Shown here: one piece after another, positions 17,435-26,720 of the stretch
Layout: every line of letters starts with the position of its first letter
How positions within the stretch are numbered: position 1 is the first letter of the stretch
Assembly: GCA_008369845.1 (NCBI GenBank)
Contig: MRSU01008099.1
Span: 1 to 37,299 of the forward strand
Source of the DNA: Trichomonas gallinae
Taxonomy: Eukaryota
DNA: 37,299 nucleotides
Reading direction: 5' to 3'
Translations under genes and position numbers: made by a program
The notes under the pieces: generated by a model
The model's database searches: none
Seen by the model: the letters and a program-made list of their open reading frames with translations, nothing else
Told to the model about the DNA's origin: nothing

Positions 17435-19009
17435 TTATTCTTCATCCTCTTCCATAGCTTCTTCATTAACAACGACAGTGTCAGCCTCATCTTTAGCTGC
17501 GCCTTTCTTCTTCTTATTCTTCGCATCCTCCTTCTCCTTGAGCTCGTGGTAGATCTTTGCCTTTCTAGCTGGGAGTGTTCCTGCGAGAAGTCTCTCTCTT
17601 TCCTCCTTCTTCTCCTCTTTCATCTGTTTCTTCTTCTTCTTGAGGTCCTCTATTGTCTCTCCACCGGCTGTCTCCTGGCCGAGCTCAGCAGCGATGCCTT
17701 CTGCGTGCTCGATTTCCATAGCGCGCTGTCTGATTTCGTTCGAAATCTCAGCGTTCTCGTCGTCGTCATCAGCTAAGACTTCGCGGTCATCGATTTCTTC
17801 TGGCTGCTCCTCGACGACTGGGACGTCCCATGGCGACAAATGTGGTGGTGGAACTTGGCCTGGAGCGTATGGAGCTGGGTCAAGAGCCTGGTGCTTGTTG
17901 AGGCAGTCGAAAACCCACTGTGGCTGTACATAGATCCTGGAAAGAACTCTGTCCTTGATGACCTTTCTATCGCAGATGGTGTGTGTGATTGCCTTGTCTG
18001 TGGATGTCTCGTCCCAGACGATTCTGCCGCCGAGAGACCTAATGACGAGGGCCATGGCGTCTCTTGGTGTTTCGCGGCCGATTGTGAAAACGAAATTGCC
18101 GAAAGCGCCTGTGTCAACGATCTCCTCGTCATTGGCCTCTGTTTCAGCAGCGGCCTTAGCGAAGATTCCTGCGACTTTCTCGGCATCAACATTAGATTCA
18201 GCTGGTGCTTCAGCGACAGCCTCGACTTCTGGCTGCTCGTTGTTATCAATGATGGCGTCAATATAGAAGCCGTCATCCCACTTCTTGTTGTCGTATTCAG
18301 CTGGATATTTGAGTCCGATCATCTTGAAGAGTCTGAGGTTTACGAATGAGAGGAGGTTCTCGTACAACTCAAGGAAGTTGAGGAGAATGGTGTAATCGAC
18401 ATCTGGGTCCTTGGCAAGTGTGAATTGATGTGGAATGAGCCAAACGACTGGAAGCCCTTCGATTTGTGCTTCGAAATGAAAACCACGCTTGGAAATGAAT
18501 CCCTTTGTGAGTAAATGCTTGTGTGAAACATAGTAATGAAATTCAGCTAAGAGATGGCGGCATTTAAGAACGCGTGCTGAGTCGAGGATGTCTGTGCCTG
18601 ACATTTGAGCAAATAAAGCGATTGTTGTGAGTGCATCATCGAGATCTTTGATTGCATCTGCAAACGTTGGATAGCGAGAACGAATCAATTGGTCATAAGG
18701 AGCGATTGGCTCTGGTGTTTGATCGAGTTCTTTACGATTGTAGCGCTTTTCGTGGTGTTTTAACCAATTTGCGTGATCTCTGATGAACCAAGCCATTGGA
18801 TCAGCGTTGATCATAGCAAGATCTTTCTTGTGGAAGTACGCCCATGGTGAATTTTTATCTTTCGGAGAAACTTTTGGATACACACCGCGAAGAATTGCGA
18901 CTCTGCCCATATCCTTTGGGTCAAGAGCAACCCTCTCGATGGCCTCATCCTCTTTGATAAGGTTTGAGGACTTACCTTCTTTTCCCTTCTGGAAAGCAAG
19001 CTTTACCAT
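17435..19009 (-). CDS. PES1: Pescadillo/Nop7 (PeBoW complex, 60S biogenesis), 524 aa
   Basis: Pescadillo N-domain motifs 'RVAILRGVYP', 'RYPTFADAIKDLDDAL' and 'FLELYENLLSFVNLRLF'. BRCT region 'ITHTICDR...YVQPQWVFDCLN...YAPGQVPPPHLSP'. Acidic/basic tail. Confidence 0.97.
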   Translation of the reverse strand: MVKLAFQKGKEGKSSNLIKEDEAIERVALDPKDMGRVAILRGVYPKVSPKDKNSPWAYFHKKDLAMINADPMAWFIRDHANWLKHHEKRYNRKELDQTPEPIAPYDQLIRSRYPTFADAIKDLDDALTTIALFAQMSGTDILDSARVLKCRHLLAEFHYYVSHKHLLTKGFISKRGFHFEAQIEGLPVVWLIPHQFTLAKDPDVDYTILLNFLELYENLLSFVNLRLFKMIGLKYPAEYDNKKWDDGFYIDAIIDNNEQPEVEAVAEAPAESNVDAEKVAGIFAKAAAETEANDEEIVDTGAFGNFVFTIGRETPRDAMALVIRSLGGRIVWDETSTDKAITHTICDRKVIKDRVLSRIYVQPQWVFDCLNKHQALDPAPYAPGQVPPPHLSPWDVPVVEEQPEEIDDREVLADDDDENAEISNEIRQRAMEIEHAEGIAAELGQETAGGETIEDLKKKKKQMKEEKKEERERLLAGTLPARKAKIYHELKEKEDAKNKKKKGAAKDEADTVVVNEEAMEEDEE

Positions 19010-19022
19010 AATGGCCTTGACA

Positions 19023-19027
19023 AGTGA
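19023..19027 (-). promoter_or_regulatory. Initiator element (TCACT) of PES1
   Basis: Minus-strand TCACT, 13 nt upstream of the ATG, which is typical trichomonad Inr spacing. Confidence 0.6.
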
Positions 19028-19510
19028 CTTGAAAAAATTTTAAATTGAGAAGTTTACTTAAATTCGCTCTTGTGTCTTTATTTAGATTTTAGGAAATTAC
19101 TAATATATTGCTTCTTTAGTTCACTTTTCTCATTAGAAATCTCTCTCAAATTCATCAATAAAAAATTGAAATTTTTCAAAAATCACTTAAAGCGTCCATT
19201 TTGATTGTCACTCATTTTACTATCCTCATGTTATTTTATATTTGTTTTCCTGAACTTTCATTTTAATTTGTCGTGTAAAGGATTTTTTGTCACGTAAATC
19301 ATCTTTTTTGTTAATTTTAATTAAGAGCCGAAATATAGTTTATAAGATCCTTCTGCCTCATTTTGATTGACTTACGAAGATTTTTCTGTTATATTAAAAA
19401 ATTTCAAAAATTAAATTTAAAAAAATAAACATTGTGGCGGTTATAAAAACAGCAGTTGGTGTATGTACTTTATAAAGATTAACTAACAAATATAAAAAAT
19501 AATATTATGA

Positions 19511-20224
19511 TTATAATTCGAGGATTGGTTGTCTTTGCTGAATGTCCTTGAGTTCAATTGCGAATGTTCTCAAGGACTTTAATGTCTTTTGAGAAAGAGC
19601 AGAGAGATTAATATGCAATTCTTCTTCTGTTGGATCAACAGACGGTTCATTCTCAGCAATGATTTCCTTTAGTTTAGACAAATGTGCAGGGTCGTCAATG
19701 AATCTGAAAACTTCTTGGAATAATTTTGTATCTTCAACTTGAAGGAATGATCTTGCGAGTCTCCTTTCTGGGACAAGCATTTCTGTATCTGGTGATAAAT
19801 TGAACTGCTCAAGTTGTTTTGGTTGTGCTCTGAATAATTTGTAAAAATGCGCCTGAGATTTAGTATATTGGGCAACCCATTCGTCTCTGTTTAATACTTC
19901 GATTGGTCTAATGAGTTTTTTGAAAATTCTGGCCAATTCGTCTGCCATCATTGCAGGAAGCGATGGAATTCCGTTATAAAGCTTTGCATTTTCGAAAATT
20001 TGTTCAACATCCTTCTTAAAGTCGACGAAATTAGTGTATATTCCTTCTTTTAAGTTATTTTTGACTGTTTTAAAATCCATCGGTTTTTTAATAATGTCGA
20101 AATAGTCAGGAACATTGTCGATTTGTGGATCTATTGGATATAAGAATATTTCTGATATCGGGTGGGTAAGTAAATTGTCGATGATTTCGATGCATTTCGA
20201 TCGATTAGCTTCGTTCAAAGTCAT
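19511..20224 (-). CDS. Bromodomain protein with C-terminal ET-like domain (BET/GTE-like), 237 aa
   Basis: Bromodomain 'FLYPIDP..VPDYFDIIKKPMDFKTVK...FENAKLYN' with the acetyl-lysine-binding Asn. ET-like 'EIIAENEP..EEELHINLSALSQKTLKSL'. First ATG at 20224; the track start at 20245 is TTG. Confidence 0.9.
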   Translation of the reverse strand: MTLNEANRSKCIEIIDNLLTHPISEIFLYPIDPQIDNVPDYFDIIKKPMDFKTVKNNLKEGIYTNFVDFKKDVEQIFENAKLYNGIPSLPAMMADELARIFKKLIRPIEVLNRDEWVAQYTKSQAHFYKLFRAQPKQLEQFNLSPDTEMLVPERRLARSFLQVEDTKLFQEVFRFIDDPAHLSKLKEIIAENEPSVDPTEEELHINLSALSQKTLKSLRTFAIELKDIQQRQPILEL

Positions 20225-20310
20225 CAAAAAATCTAATTTTTTCAAAAATGTTAAATATAGCCTAACAATACTCTAAAACACCCATATTTTTATCAAAACC
20301 CGATATTACT

Positions 20311-20655
20311 CAATATTTTTTTGTAATTTTTGAATTTGACTAATTGAACAAAATAGTTCAATATCTATCTTATTTATATCCATATGAACTATATTCTTTC
20401 AGCTTTTTGGTTAAAAATCAAAAATATTTTTTGAAAATCTTGAATTTGCTTAAATCAACAAAATGATTCAAAATTTGTCTTATTTAAAGCTATAAAAACA
20501 ATATTTTGTCAGCTTTTTCGTTAAAAACCAAATACATTTTTTGAATATCTTGATTTTACTTATTTTAACAAAATGACTTAAAATATATCTTATTCTACTT
20601 AATAAAAACCAAATTTTGACAGCTTTCTCGTTAAAATCCAAAAATATTTTTTTAA
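20311..20655. repeat. Diverged tandem repeat, three 110-bp units plus a partial fourth
   Basis: AGCTTT(T/C)T(G/C)GTTAAAA recurs at 20401, 20511 and 20621. Unit starts 20311, 20421, 20531 and 20641 align without gaps. Confidence 0.9.
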
Positions 20656-20769
20656 ATTTAATTTCTTTATTAGAGCAGAAATTTCTATTTAATCTTTGAG
20701 TTTTAAGAAGATTGTGAAAAATTTAGTAGTTAATTGGTTTAAACTTTAAAAAACATGAAAATTCTCTAT

Positions 20770-22080
20770 TTACTTAACATTATCTTCATATATATCAACT
20801 GGTTCGTAGTTGTGGTCAAAATCTTCTTCCTCTTCGAAGTCTTCTGGTGTTTCTGCGGCGATCTGATCCAAATCACGAACTTCTTGCAGCGGTTTGATTT
20901 CTCCTGAGTCGCGCATCTTAATGGCGTATTTCTCGAGCAGATCGATGCACCAATCATAGCAAACTTCATCCTTTGTTGGGAAATTATTCACTTGATCGCA
21001 AACTTCTTTAGCAAACTGCTGGAATTCCTCCTCTTTCAGCTCCTGTATCCACGAAATCATCGGATCTGTGTAAAGTTTGTTGATTCTCCATCTGTGCTCG
21101 GCTTTTTCCAAAGCAGCTTTCGCGCGAACCAAAGCTTTGATTATTCCTGTCCTTCCGTTCTTTATGAGCCTCGCTGTCTCCTTCCAGCACCTCTCTGAGA
21201 CAGAGTAGCTCCTCGTGACGCAGTAGGCCATTGTCCTCCTGATAGTGGCTATGATCATTTCGCGTGGATCTTCGAACGAGTCGAACCATGAAAGTGTCGG
21301 GGAAAGTTTCGCGATTGTCCAGTTCGATTCGCAGGATCCTTCGGCTCCGAAGCATATCACATCCATAACTGACGAGTAGCAGACTTCAGCGATGGAATAA
21401 AAAGATGAGCGCGCCACGTCTTTTGACATCAAAAATTCGACTCTTTTGATGTCTAATAATTTCTTGCGTTCGTCTGGAGTATAATCTTCGTAAAATATCT
21501 TAAGCTCTTCTGGAGTGATTTCGAATGGGTTTAAGTAGTCCGAAATGACGCGATCTGGGTCGTAATCTTCTTCTTCTTTTTCGATTCTCTGTTTTCTGCG
21601 TGCTGGGAGGATTGTGTGATCAGGATCCGGTATTTCAGCAACATAAGGGATGATTTCTTCCATGTTTTCGAAGAAATCAATTGCCCAAAAGTTAAATCCG
21701 TAATGTGAAATATCCGGAGGGTCTTCTGTCCATTCTAACGCTGTATCTCTGCTAACGACTTCGAATAATTGCTTTTGAGGTTTCGCTGGTGCTTTTAATG
21801 TTGTTAATAACAAAATTTCCGGAAAATCTTCGCCAGGAATTGCTTTTTTGATTGTGCAAGTAAACATTCCTGTATCTATATCATAAGAAGCGGTGCATCC
21901 TTCACCATCACGCATAGAATGCTGAAAATGAAGAACGAGCATATATGGCTCCGCGTTGAAATTGAATTCCGTGTCAGCCACGAACAAGTCCATGTCCTTG
22001 GCACGAACATTCGGGCATTTAATCGTGAAATGGAGAAAATCGTGATCCTGAGTAATCCAAAAATCAGGAGTCAAAGGCAT
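20770..22080 (-). CDS. SHQ1: H/ACA snoRNP assembly chaperone SHQ1, 436 aa
   Basis: CS domain 'MPLTPDFWITQD...FNFNAEPYMLVLHF'. SHQ1-domain motifs 'YGFNF', 'ESNWTIAKLSPTLSWF', 'IRRTMAYCVTRSY' and 'INKLYTD'. First ATG at 22080. Confidence 0.95.
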   Translation of the reverse strand: MPLTPDFWITQDHDFLHFTIKCPNVRAKDMDLFVADTEFNFNAEPYMLVLHFQHSMRDGEGCTASYDIDTGMFTCTIKKAIPGEDFPEILLLTTLKAPAKPQKQLFEVVSRDTALEWTEDPPDISHYGFNFWAIDFFENMEEIIPYVAEIPDPDHTILPARRKQRIEKEEEDYDPDRVISDYLNPFEITPEELKIFYEDYTPDERKKLLDIKRVEFLMSKDVARSSFYSIAEVCYSSVMDVICFGAEGSCESNWTIAKLSPTLSWFDSFEDPREMIIATIRRTMAYCVTRSYSVSERCWKETARLIKNGRTGIIKALVRAKAALEKAEHRWRINKLYTDPMISWIQELKEEEFQQFAKEVCDQVNNFPTKDEVCYDWCIDLLEKYAIKMRDSGEIKPLQEVRDLDQIAAETPEDFEEEEDFDHNYEPVDIYEDNVK

Positions 22081-22103
22081 TTTTATTTGTGACTTCTCGT
22101 AAA

Positions 22104-22290
22104 ACACAAAACTAAATAAACCATAGCATTCACTACATCCAAGACTACCACATACTTAAATATCACAACCCAATTCTTTATATTTTATTATAAAATTTTT
22201 ATGTCTTGTGATAAAATGTTGTTTGGAGGATATTTTTGGTTTATTTCGATGTAGTTAGGTTATAAACAGATGTAGTTTAGTTTTTTGTGT
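22104..22290. repeat. Imperfect long inverted repeat
   Basis: Nested complementary blocks: ACACAAAACTAAA (22104) with TTTAGTTTTTTGTGT (22276); ACTACATC (22132) with GATGTAGT (22248); TATCACAA (22161) with TTGTGATA (22206); central ATTTTAT-t-ATAAAAT (22182-22196). Confidence 0.45.
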
Positions 22291-22349
22291 GATGATGAGT
22301 TTTATAAAAATTAAAATATGTAAAAAGAAATGTAGACTTGCTATGTAAT

Positions 22350-22688
22350 TTACTCTTCCTTTTGCTTGATCATCTTGAGGATTTCGGATTCACCAGCATC
22401 AATGATGGAGATGACTGATGAGCGGAAGTACTTACCACATGCAGTGCCAAGATCAACATTGTCGCCATCGAATGGGAGGATATCACAGCCAGAAAGCATA
22501 GCATAATACTCGATAAGAGAACGGTGAGCTGGAGCGATGTTAGAAGCGAAGATAACAAGCTTAGCCTCACCATTGCGGAGGGACTGGAGTGTCTTATCAA
22601 TACCAAGCTGGTACTTGCCGGACTTTGTGACGAGGGAGAGAGAGTTAATGATTGACTCACGTGCGCGGGATAATTTCTTACGTCCCAT
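22350..22688 (-). CDS. RPL30: 60S ribosomal protein eL30, 112 aa
   Basis: 'LVTKSGKYQLG..TLQSLRNGEAKLVIFASN...IEYYAMLS...GDNVDLGTACGKYFR...IIDAGESEI'. Start set at MGRKK (22688) because the M3/M5 promoter lies inside the track's 19-codon extension. Confidence 0.97.
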   Translation of the reverse strand: MGRKKLSRARESIINSLSLVTKSGKYQLGIDKTLQSLRNGEAKLVIFASNIAPAHRSLIEYYAMLSGCDILPFDGDNVDLGTACGKYFRSSVISIIDAGESEILKMIKQKEE

Positions 22689-22691
22689 TAC

Positions 22692-22712
22692 AAAAGGGCG
22701 GCCATAACCGTT
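22692..22712 (-). promoter_or_regulatory. M3 (AACGGTTA) plus M5 (CCTTT) core promoter of RPL30
   Basis: The minus strand reads AACGGTTAtggccgcCCTTTTgtaATG, the M3/M5 combination described for T. vaginalis genes that lack a standard Inr. Confidence 0.75.
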
Positions 22713-23305
22713 TTTATCGTAGCGCTCTTTTTCTTCTTTTTCCATCCTTGTTGGTTAATTATTTAGTTTATTTATATCATATATATTCTATTTTTTGGAT
22801 CAAATTTGATTTTTGAAATAATCATCAAAAAAATGAAATTGGAAATGTAATTATTATCAAAAATGATCTAACCTATATGTTTTTATTAGATTTTTAGGAA
22901 GATCTTGTAAATTAGAATTAATGATTTGCGCTTTAGATTTTGAGATATTTCATGATCAATCTAAAATACTCACCGAATCATAAATTAATAAAGCTTATTG
23001 TCAAATAGAAACAATTCTAAATTATGAAATCTTGAAAATGATTTTATTATTCAAAAATATCAATATTTCTTCAAATTAGTCCAAATATCAAAAACTAAAA
23101 TTGGAAATGACTAATAAAATAAGATCCTTAACAACCAAAAGATGAAATCGTGATTTAAAATTTGATAAAAAAAAATATGAAGCCAAAATGTTCTAAAATC
23201 TGAAATTTTAGTATATGTTTGTGTTGTCAACATAAAGCAAACAGAAAATTGGAATGAAAAATTAATGAGGGGGTGAGTAGGGGCTAAATCCAGACTTTTT
23301 TCTTG

Positions 23306-26191
23306 ATGCATTTCATTCACTCTACGATTCTACCTCAGAGTGAAGTTGAAAATTGCACAGTCTTGGATGTCAGGCAGAGAGAAGTCGATATACTGCTTTT
23401 TTACCACAAATTCATCAAAAGAGCGACAATATACAAAAAAGGCAACGATATTTCATATAAATCTCATCAGACGATTTACATAGAGACTCCAATTTTATGG
23501 GGTTCTGTTATTAATAATCATTTTGTATCAGTTACTAAAAATAATCGATTAATTATCACAGAAATAGGAACATCACTCAAACAGATATCATCTGTCGATC
23601 TATTTGAAACAGAGGGAGAATATTCTGAAGAATTTAAGTATTTTTCCGTTTCAAAAGATAAAAATTGGATTTTAATTGCATCAGAATCCGACCATTTCTT
23701 CTTCATTGACATAAAAGACATATCAAATCCACTAATCGGCGCAAGAAAAGTCGATAATTTTACAATTAAATCAGTTACGCCTTTATCAGCAGATGATTCT
23801 TTCCTTATTCTTGTTAAGAACGACGATGAACAAAAATTCATTAAATTCGCAGCAAAGAAACAAGATTTATCGATAGATGACGCAGATTCAGATATTGAAT
23901 ATTTAATTGACACAGAAACGCCATCAAAATCCTCGCATCTCATAGCAACATCTAAAACAATCAGCAGCGGATCAAACCAGTTGCTCCAAATTACAGAACC
24001 AATTCGCTGCTTCACGAAAGTTGTAAATGATTGTTGTGCGCTTCAATTAGAGTCAGGAAACCTTCATTTTCTCAGCCAATCACAGTCAATACAGATACCA
24101 GGGGCTCCTCCGATCAAATCTATGTGGCTTCTCCCTAATGAAGCCGTGATAACAAATCTTGATGATGGAAAAACAATTGTTTTCACAGTCCAGAAGCCAT
24201 CAAATACTCGTAAAAAGCCAACGCATTTCTCATCTTTACCACAAATCGATTTAGAAGGAACAATTTCATCAAATCAAATTATTCCACACAAAAACGAAAT
24301 TTTAGGAATTGGCCGTAGCGGAGTAACAATTATAAGCGAAAGAGCAAATACTGACCTTTCCAAATCTACAAAATCTGTTGAAAAAACAAGATTATTGCAA
24401 GTTGATGTCGACTGCTTGGCCGCATCAGGTAACGGCTCCACAGATGTTGTTTTTGGCGATGTAGAAATCGACACAGAACACGAAGCAATCAGTTTCATTA
24501 ATTACAGAAAATCAAATTATTTAGTTCACGAAAAAGGTTTCACACAGTCTGATGGCGAAGAAGTTGTGACATTTGAGGAGCCAATTAAAGATGTCGCTGC
24601 TTCTGGCTTCAGAATTGTTGTAATTTCGGGAACAAATACAGTTTCTATTTTAGATGAAGAATTCAAACGCGAGGACAGACAGTTCCCAGGCATAGTCACA
24701 GCTGTTGCTGTGTCAGTTCATTATTTCGCTGTTTACACTTACGATAATGATCCATTAGTAATGAATGGTTGTTTGAGCCTCTACGATTATTCATTCGAAA
24801 AGGTTTGCCCAGATATCAAATTCCCGTCAGTCATTACTTCTCTATCTTTCGGAAAGAATCCATCAGAATTATATGCGGCATCTGAGAACGGTGGCCTCTA
24901 CAAATTACCGCTCTCATCGACAGGATTCACCCCAGGTGTTTCATTGATATACGCAGGAAAAGCTCCAGCGAGAATCATTCCGTATAATGGAGACTTGAGA
25001 TTTAATATTGTTACTTTTGGCAACACAGCGCTTTTATTAATAGAAGGAAAGCTTCATGACCTAGGATTATCTGACTTCGACAGCATCTGCCTTGTTTCCA
25101 CGCCAACTGATTCGCTCGCTGTTGCAATGATCAAGCAAAATCAACTTTCCATTATTCCTTATGATATCGACAACAGAAAACAGTTCAAGTTAATCGAGAA
25201 CACGGACAATGTTATATCAGGGACATCATTCGGGGACAGAGCTTTCTTCCTGCACAAAGAAGAAGAAGGAGTCAAACTGTCCATGCTTGTGAATGATGGA
25301 AAATTAATCAGCAGCGAGATCATCAAAGCAAACGGAAACATAATAAGCGGAGCATCAGATATATTACTTGTCGCAATAAGCGAGCCAACTCCTAAGATCG
25401 ATATTCTCTCTGTTTCTGATAACTGGTTCAAGTCTGTGTCTTCCCTTCAGTTAGTTTCTCCAGCTCTTCTTGTTTCGATGCATAAGTCAGGCAAATCTTT
25501 CGTCGTAGCATCAGAAGGAAGATTAACTCACTACAAACTCAAAGATGGAGTCGCTGCAATGAGCAGGGGCTTCTGCGAGTTGACTAGCAAGCCGCTGATC
25601 ATGATATGGAATGGAGAACTGATTTGGATGGCGTTCGAAGACGGATCAGTTATTGTCTATCTATACAATGATGTCGCGGAAAGATTCGAAATTTTGTCAC
25701 GTAAGTCTGGAATTTTCGGAACAACGAGCGCAGCTGTTCTCGATGATATAACGACAGCATTCGGATCGAGCAATGGAGAGATCACTATACTTAAGGTAGA
25801 TGACGCAAGAGCTTTGGGACTCTCGCGTAAAAAGGAATTGACAAAATGCGCCACATTTATTATTGACACGCCGGTTTTATCGCTCGCTGTCGTAAAGAAT
25901 GTCTTGCTTTATTTGACTACTGGTGGATGCATTGGAGCATTCAGTCCTTATGCGAGCACGTCTGACTTCCTGGCGATGCAGCAGTTGCAGCTGCAGGCGA
26001 GAAAATACATCACGAACAACTTCGGATTTTGCGTGTTGAGTAGGAAAGCTTTAGCGGCCCAATACGCGGTCACTGACGTCACTGTGTTCGAGATTATTGG
26101 AAAGCAGGCGACAATTGACAAGGAGATGATGGATAGCCTCGTTTACGTCAATTCTCTGCTCGGAAGAGAAAGATGCAGATTCATGTTTTGA
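23306..26191 (+). CDS. Divergent SF3B3(Rse1)/DDB1/CPSF160-family triple beta-propeller protein, 961 aa
   Basis: N-terminal 'MHFIHSTILPQSEV' resembles the family N-terminus. 'FSVSKDKNWILIAS' matches the AVDP..R..MI-type motif. C-terminal 'LLYLTTGGCIGAFSPYASTSDF' resembles SF3B3 'LVYTTLSGGIGILVPFTSHED'. Beta-strand-rich throughout. Confidence 0.7.
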   Translation: MHFIHSTILPQSEVENCTVLDVRQREVDILLFYHKFIKRATIYKKGNDISYKSHQTIYIETPILWGSVINNHFVSVTKNNRLIITEIGTSLKQISSVDLFETEGEYSEEFKYFSVSKDKNWILIASESDHFFFIDIKDISNPLIGARKVDNFTIKSVTPLSADDSFLILVKNDDEQKFIKFAAKKQDLSIDDADSDIEYLIDTETPSKSSHLIATSKTISSGSNQLLQITEPIRCFTKVVNDCCALQLESGNLHFLSQSQSIQIPGAPPIKSMWLLPNEAVITNLDDGKTIVFTVQKPSNTRKKPTHFSSLPQIDLEGTISSNQIIPHKNEILGIGRSGVTIISERANTDLSKSTKSVEKTRLLQVDVDCLAASGNGSTDVVFGDVEIDTEHEAISFINYRKSNYLVHEKGFTQSDGEEVVTFEEPIKDVAASGFRIVVISGTNTVSILDEEFKREDRQFPGIVTAVAVSVHYFAVYTYDNDPLVMNGCLSLYDYSFEKVCPDIKFPSVITSLSFGKNPSELYAASENGGLYKLPLSSTGFTPGVSLIYAGKAPARIIPYNGDLRFNIVTFGNTALLLIEGKLHDLGLSDFDSICLVSTPTDSLAVAMIKQNQLSIIPYDIDNRKQFKLIENTDNVISGTSFGDRAFFLHKEEEGVKLSMLVNDGKLISSEIIKANGNIISGASDILLVAISEPTPKIDILSVSDNWFKSVSSLQLVSPALLVSMHKSGKSFVVASEGRLTHYKLKDGVAAMSRGFCELTSKPLIMIWNGELIWMAFEDGSVIVYLYNDVAERFEILSRKSGIFGTTSAAVLDDITTAFGSSNGEITILKVDDARALGLSRKKELTKCATFIIDTPVLSLAVVKNVLLYLTTGGCIGAFSPYASTSDFLAMQQLQLQARKYITNNFGFCVLSRKALAAQYAVTDVTVFEIIGKQATIDKEMMDSLVYVNSLLGRERCRFMF

Positions 26192-26720
26192 TTAATTTTT
26201 GTGATTTTGCTTTATTTTACAGCAATGATAAAGTTTATATTTTTTACATCATCTTTTTTACTCACATCCCTTATAATGAAAATTTGATCAAAAATATTTT
26301 TTGTTTTATAGCTTGAATGAGCGAGATATCAATGAAAATTTGCTTCATTCGTTCTTTATGATAAGAATTGCATATGATTACAAAAAAAAATCAAAAATAA
26401 AGAATTTAAAATGAATTGTTGGATCTTTGGAATAGGTAGAATTTTGAAGTTTCCTTAATATATGGTGATTTCCTTATTCTCATGGCATAATATTGAAGAT
26501 ATAAAAGAAAAATTAAGAAATAATGATTTTTATGAGTTATATATAATAGTTATGGTGATAATTTCTAAAAACAAAGTGATTTTTCGATTTCTTTTGAGTC
26601 TTTTTCTTTGGAAATTTTTGGAAAAATTAAAAATCACTAAAAAATGTTTAGATTTTGTAGATCTCAAAAATAATTTTAAACTAAATTAAACGTACAAAAA
26701 ATATAATAGTCAGCAAAATC

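Noticed and set aside
19461..19495. Intron-like GTATGT...ACTAAC on the + strand
   Set aside because: There is no 3' AG at the required distance after the branch site (ACTAACAAATAT). It is intergenic and opposite to both flanking genes.
20311..20655. CRISPR-like interpretation of the periodic repeat
   Set aside because: Whole 110-bp units are homologous, there are no unique spacers or cas genes, and the context is eukaryotic.
22689..22745. 19-aa N-terminal extension of RPL30
   Set aside because: It overlaps the M3/M5 core promoter, so it probably lies upstream of the transcription start. eL30 is normally about 105-115 aa.
26462..26689. 75-aa ORF upstream of ODAD2, with similar ORFs at 23111-23320, 33068-33280 and 3677-3883
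   Set aside because: These are AT-rich F/L/I/K/N-biased translations typical of intergenic DNA.
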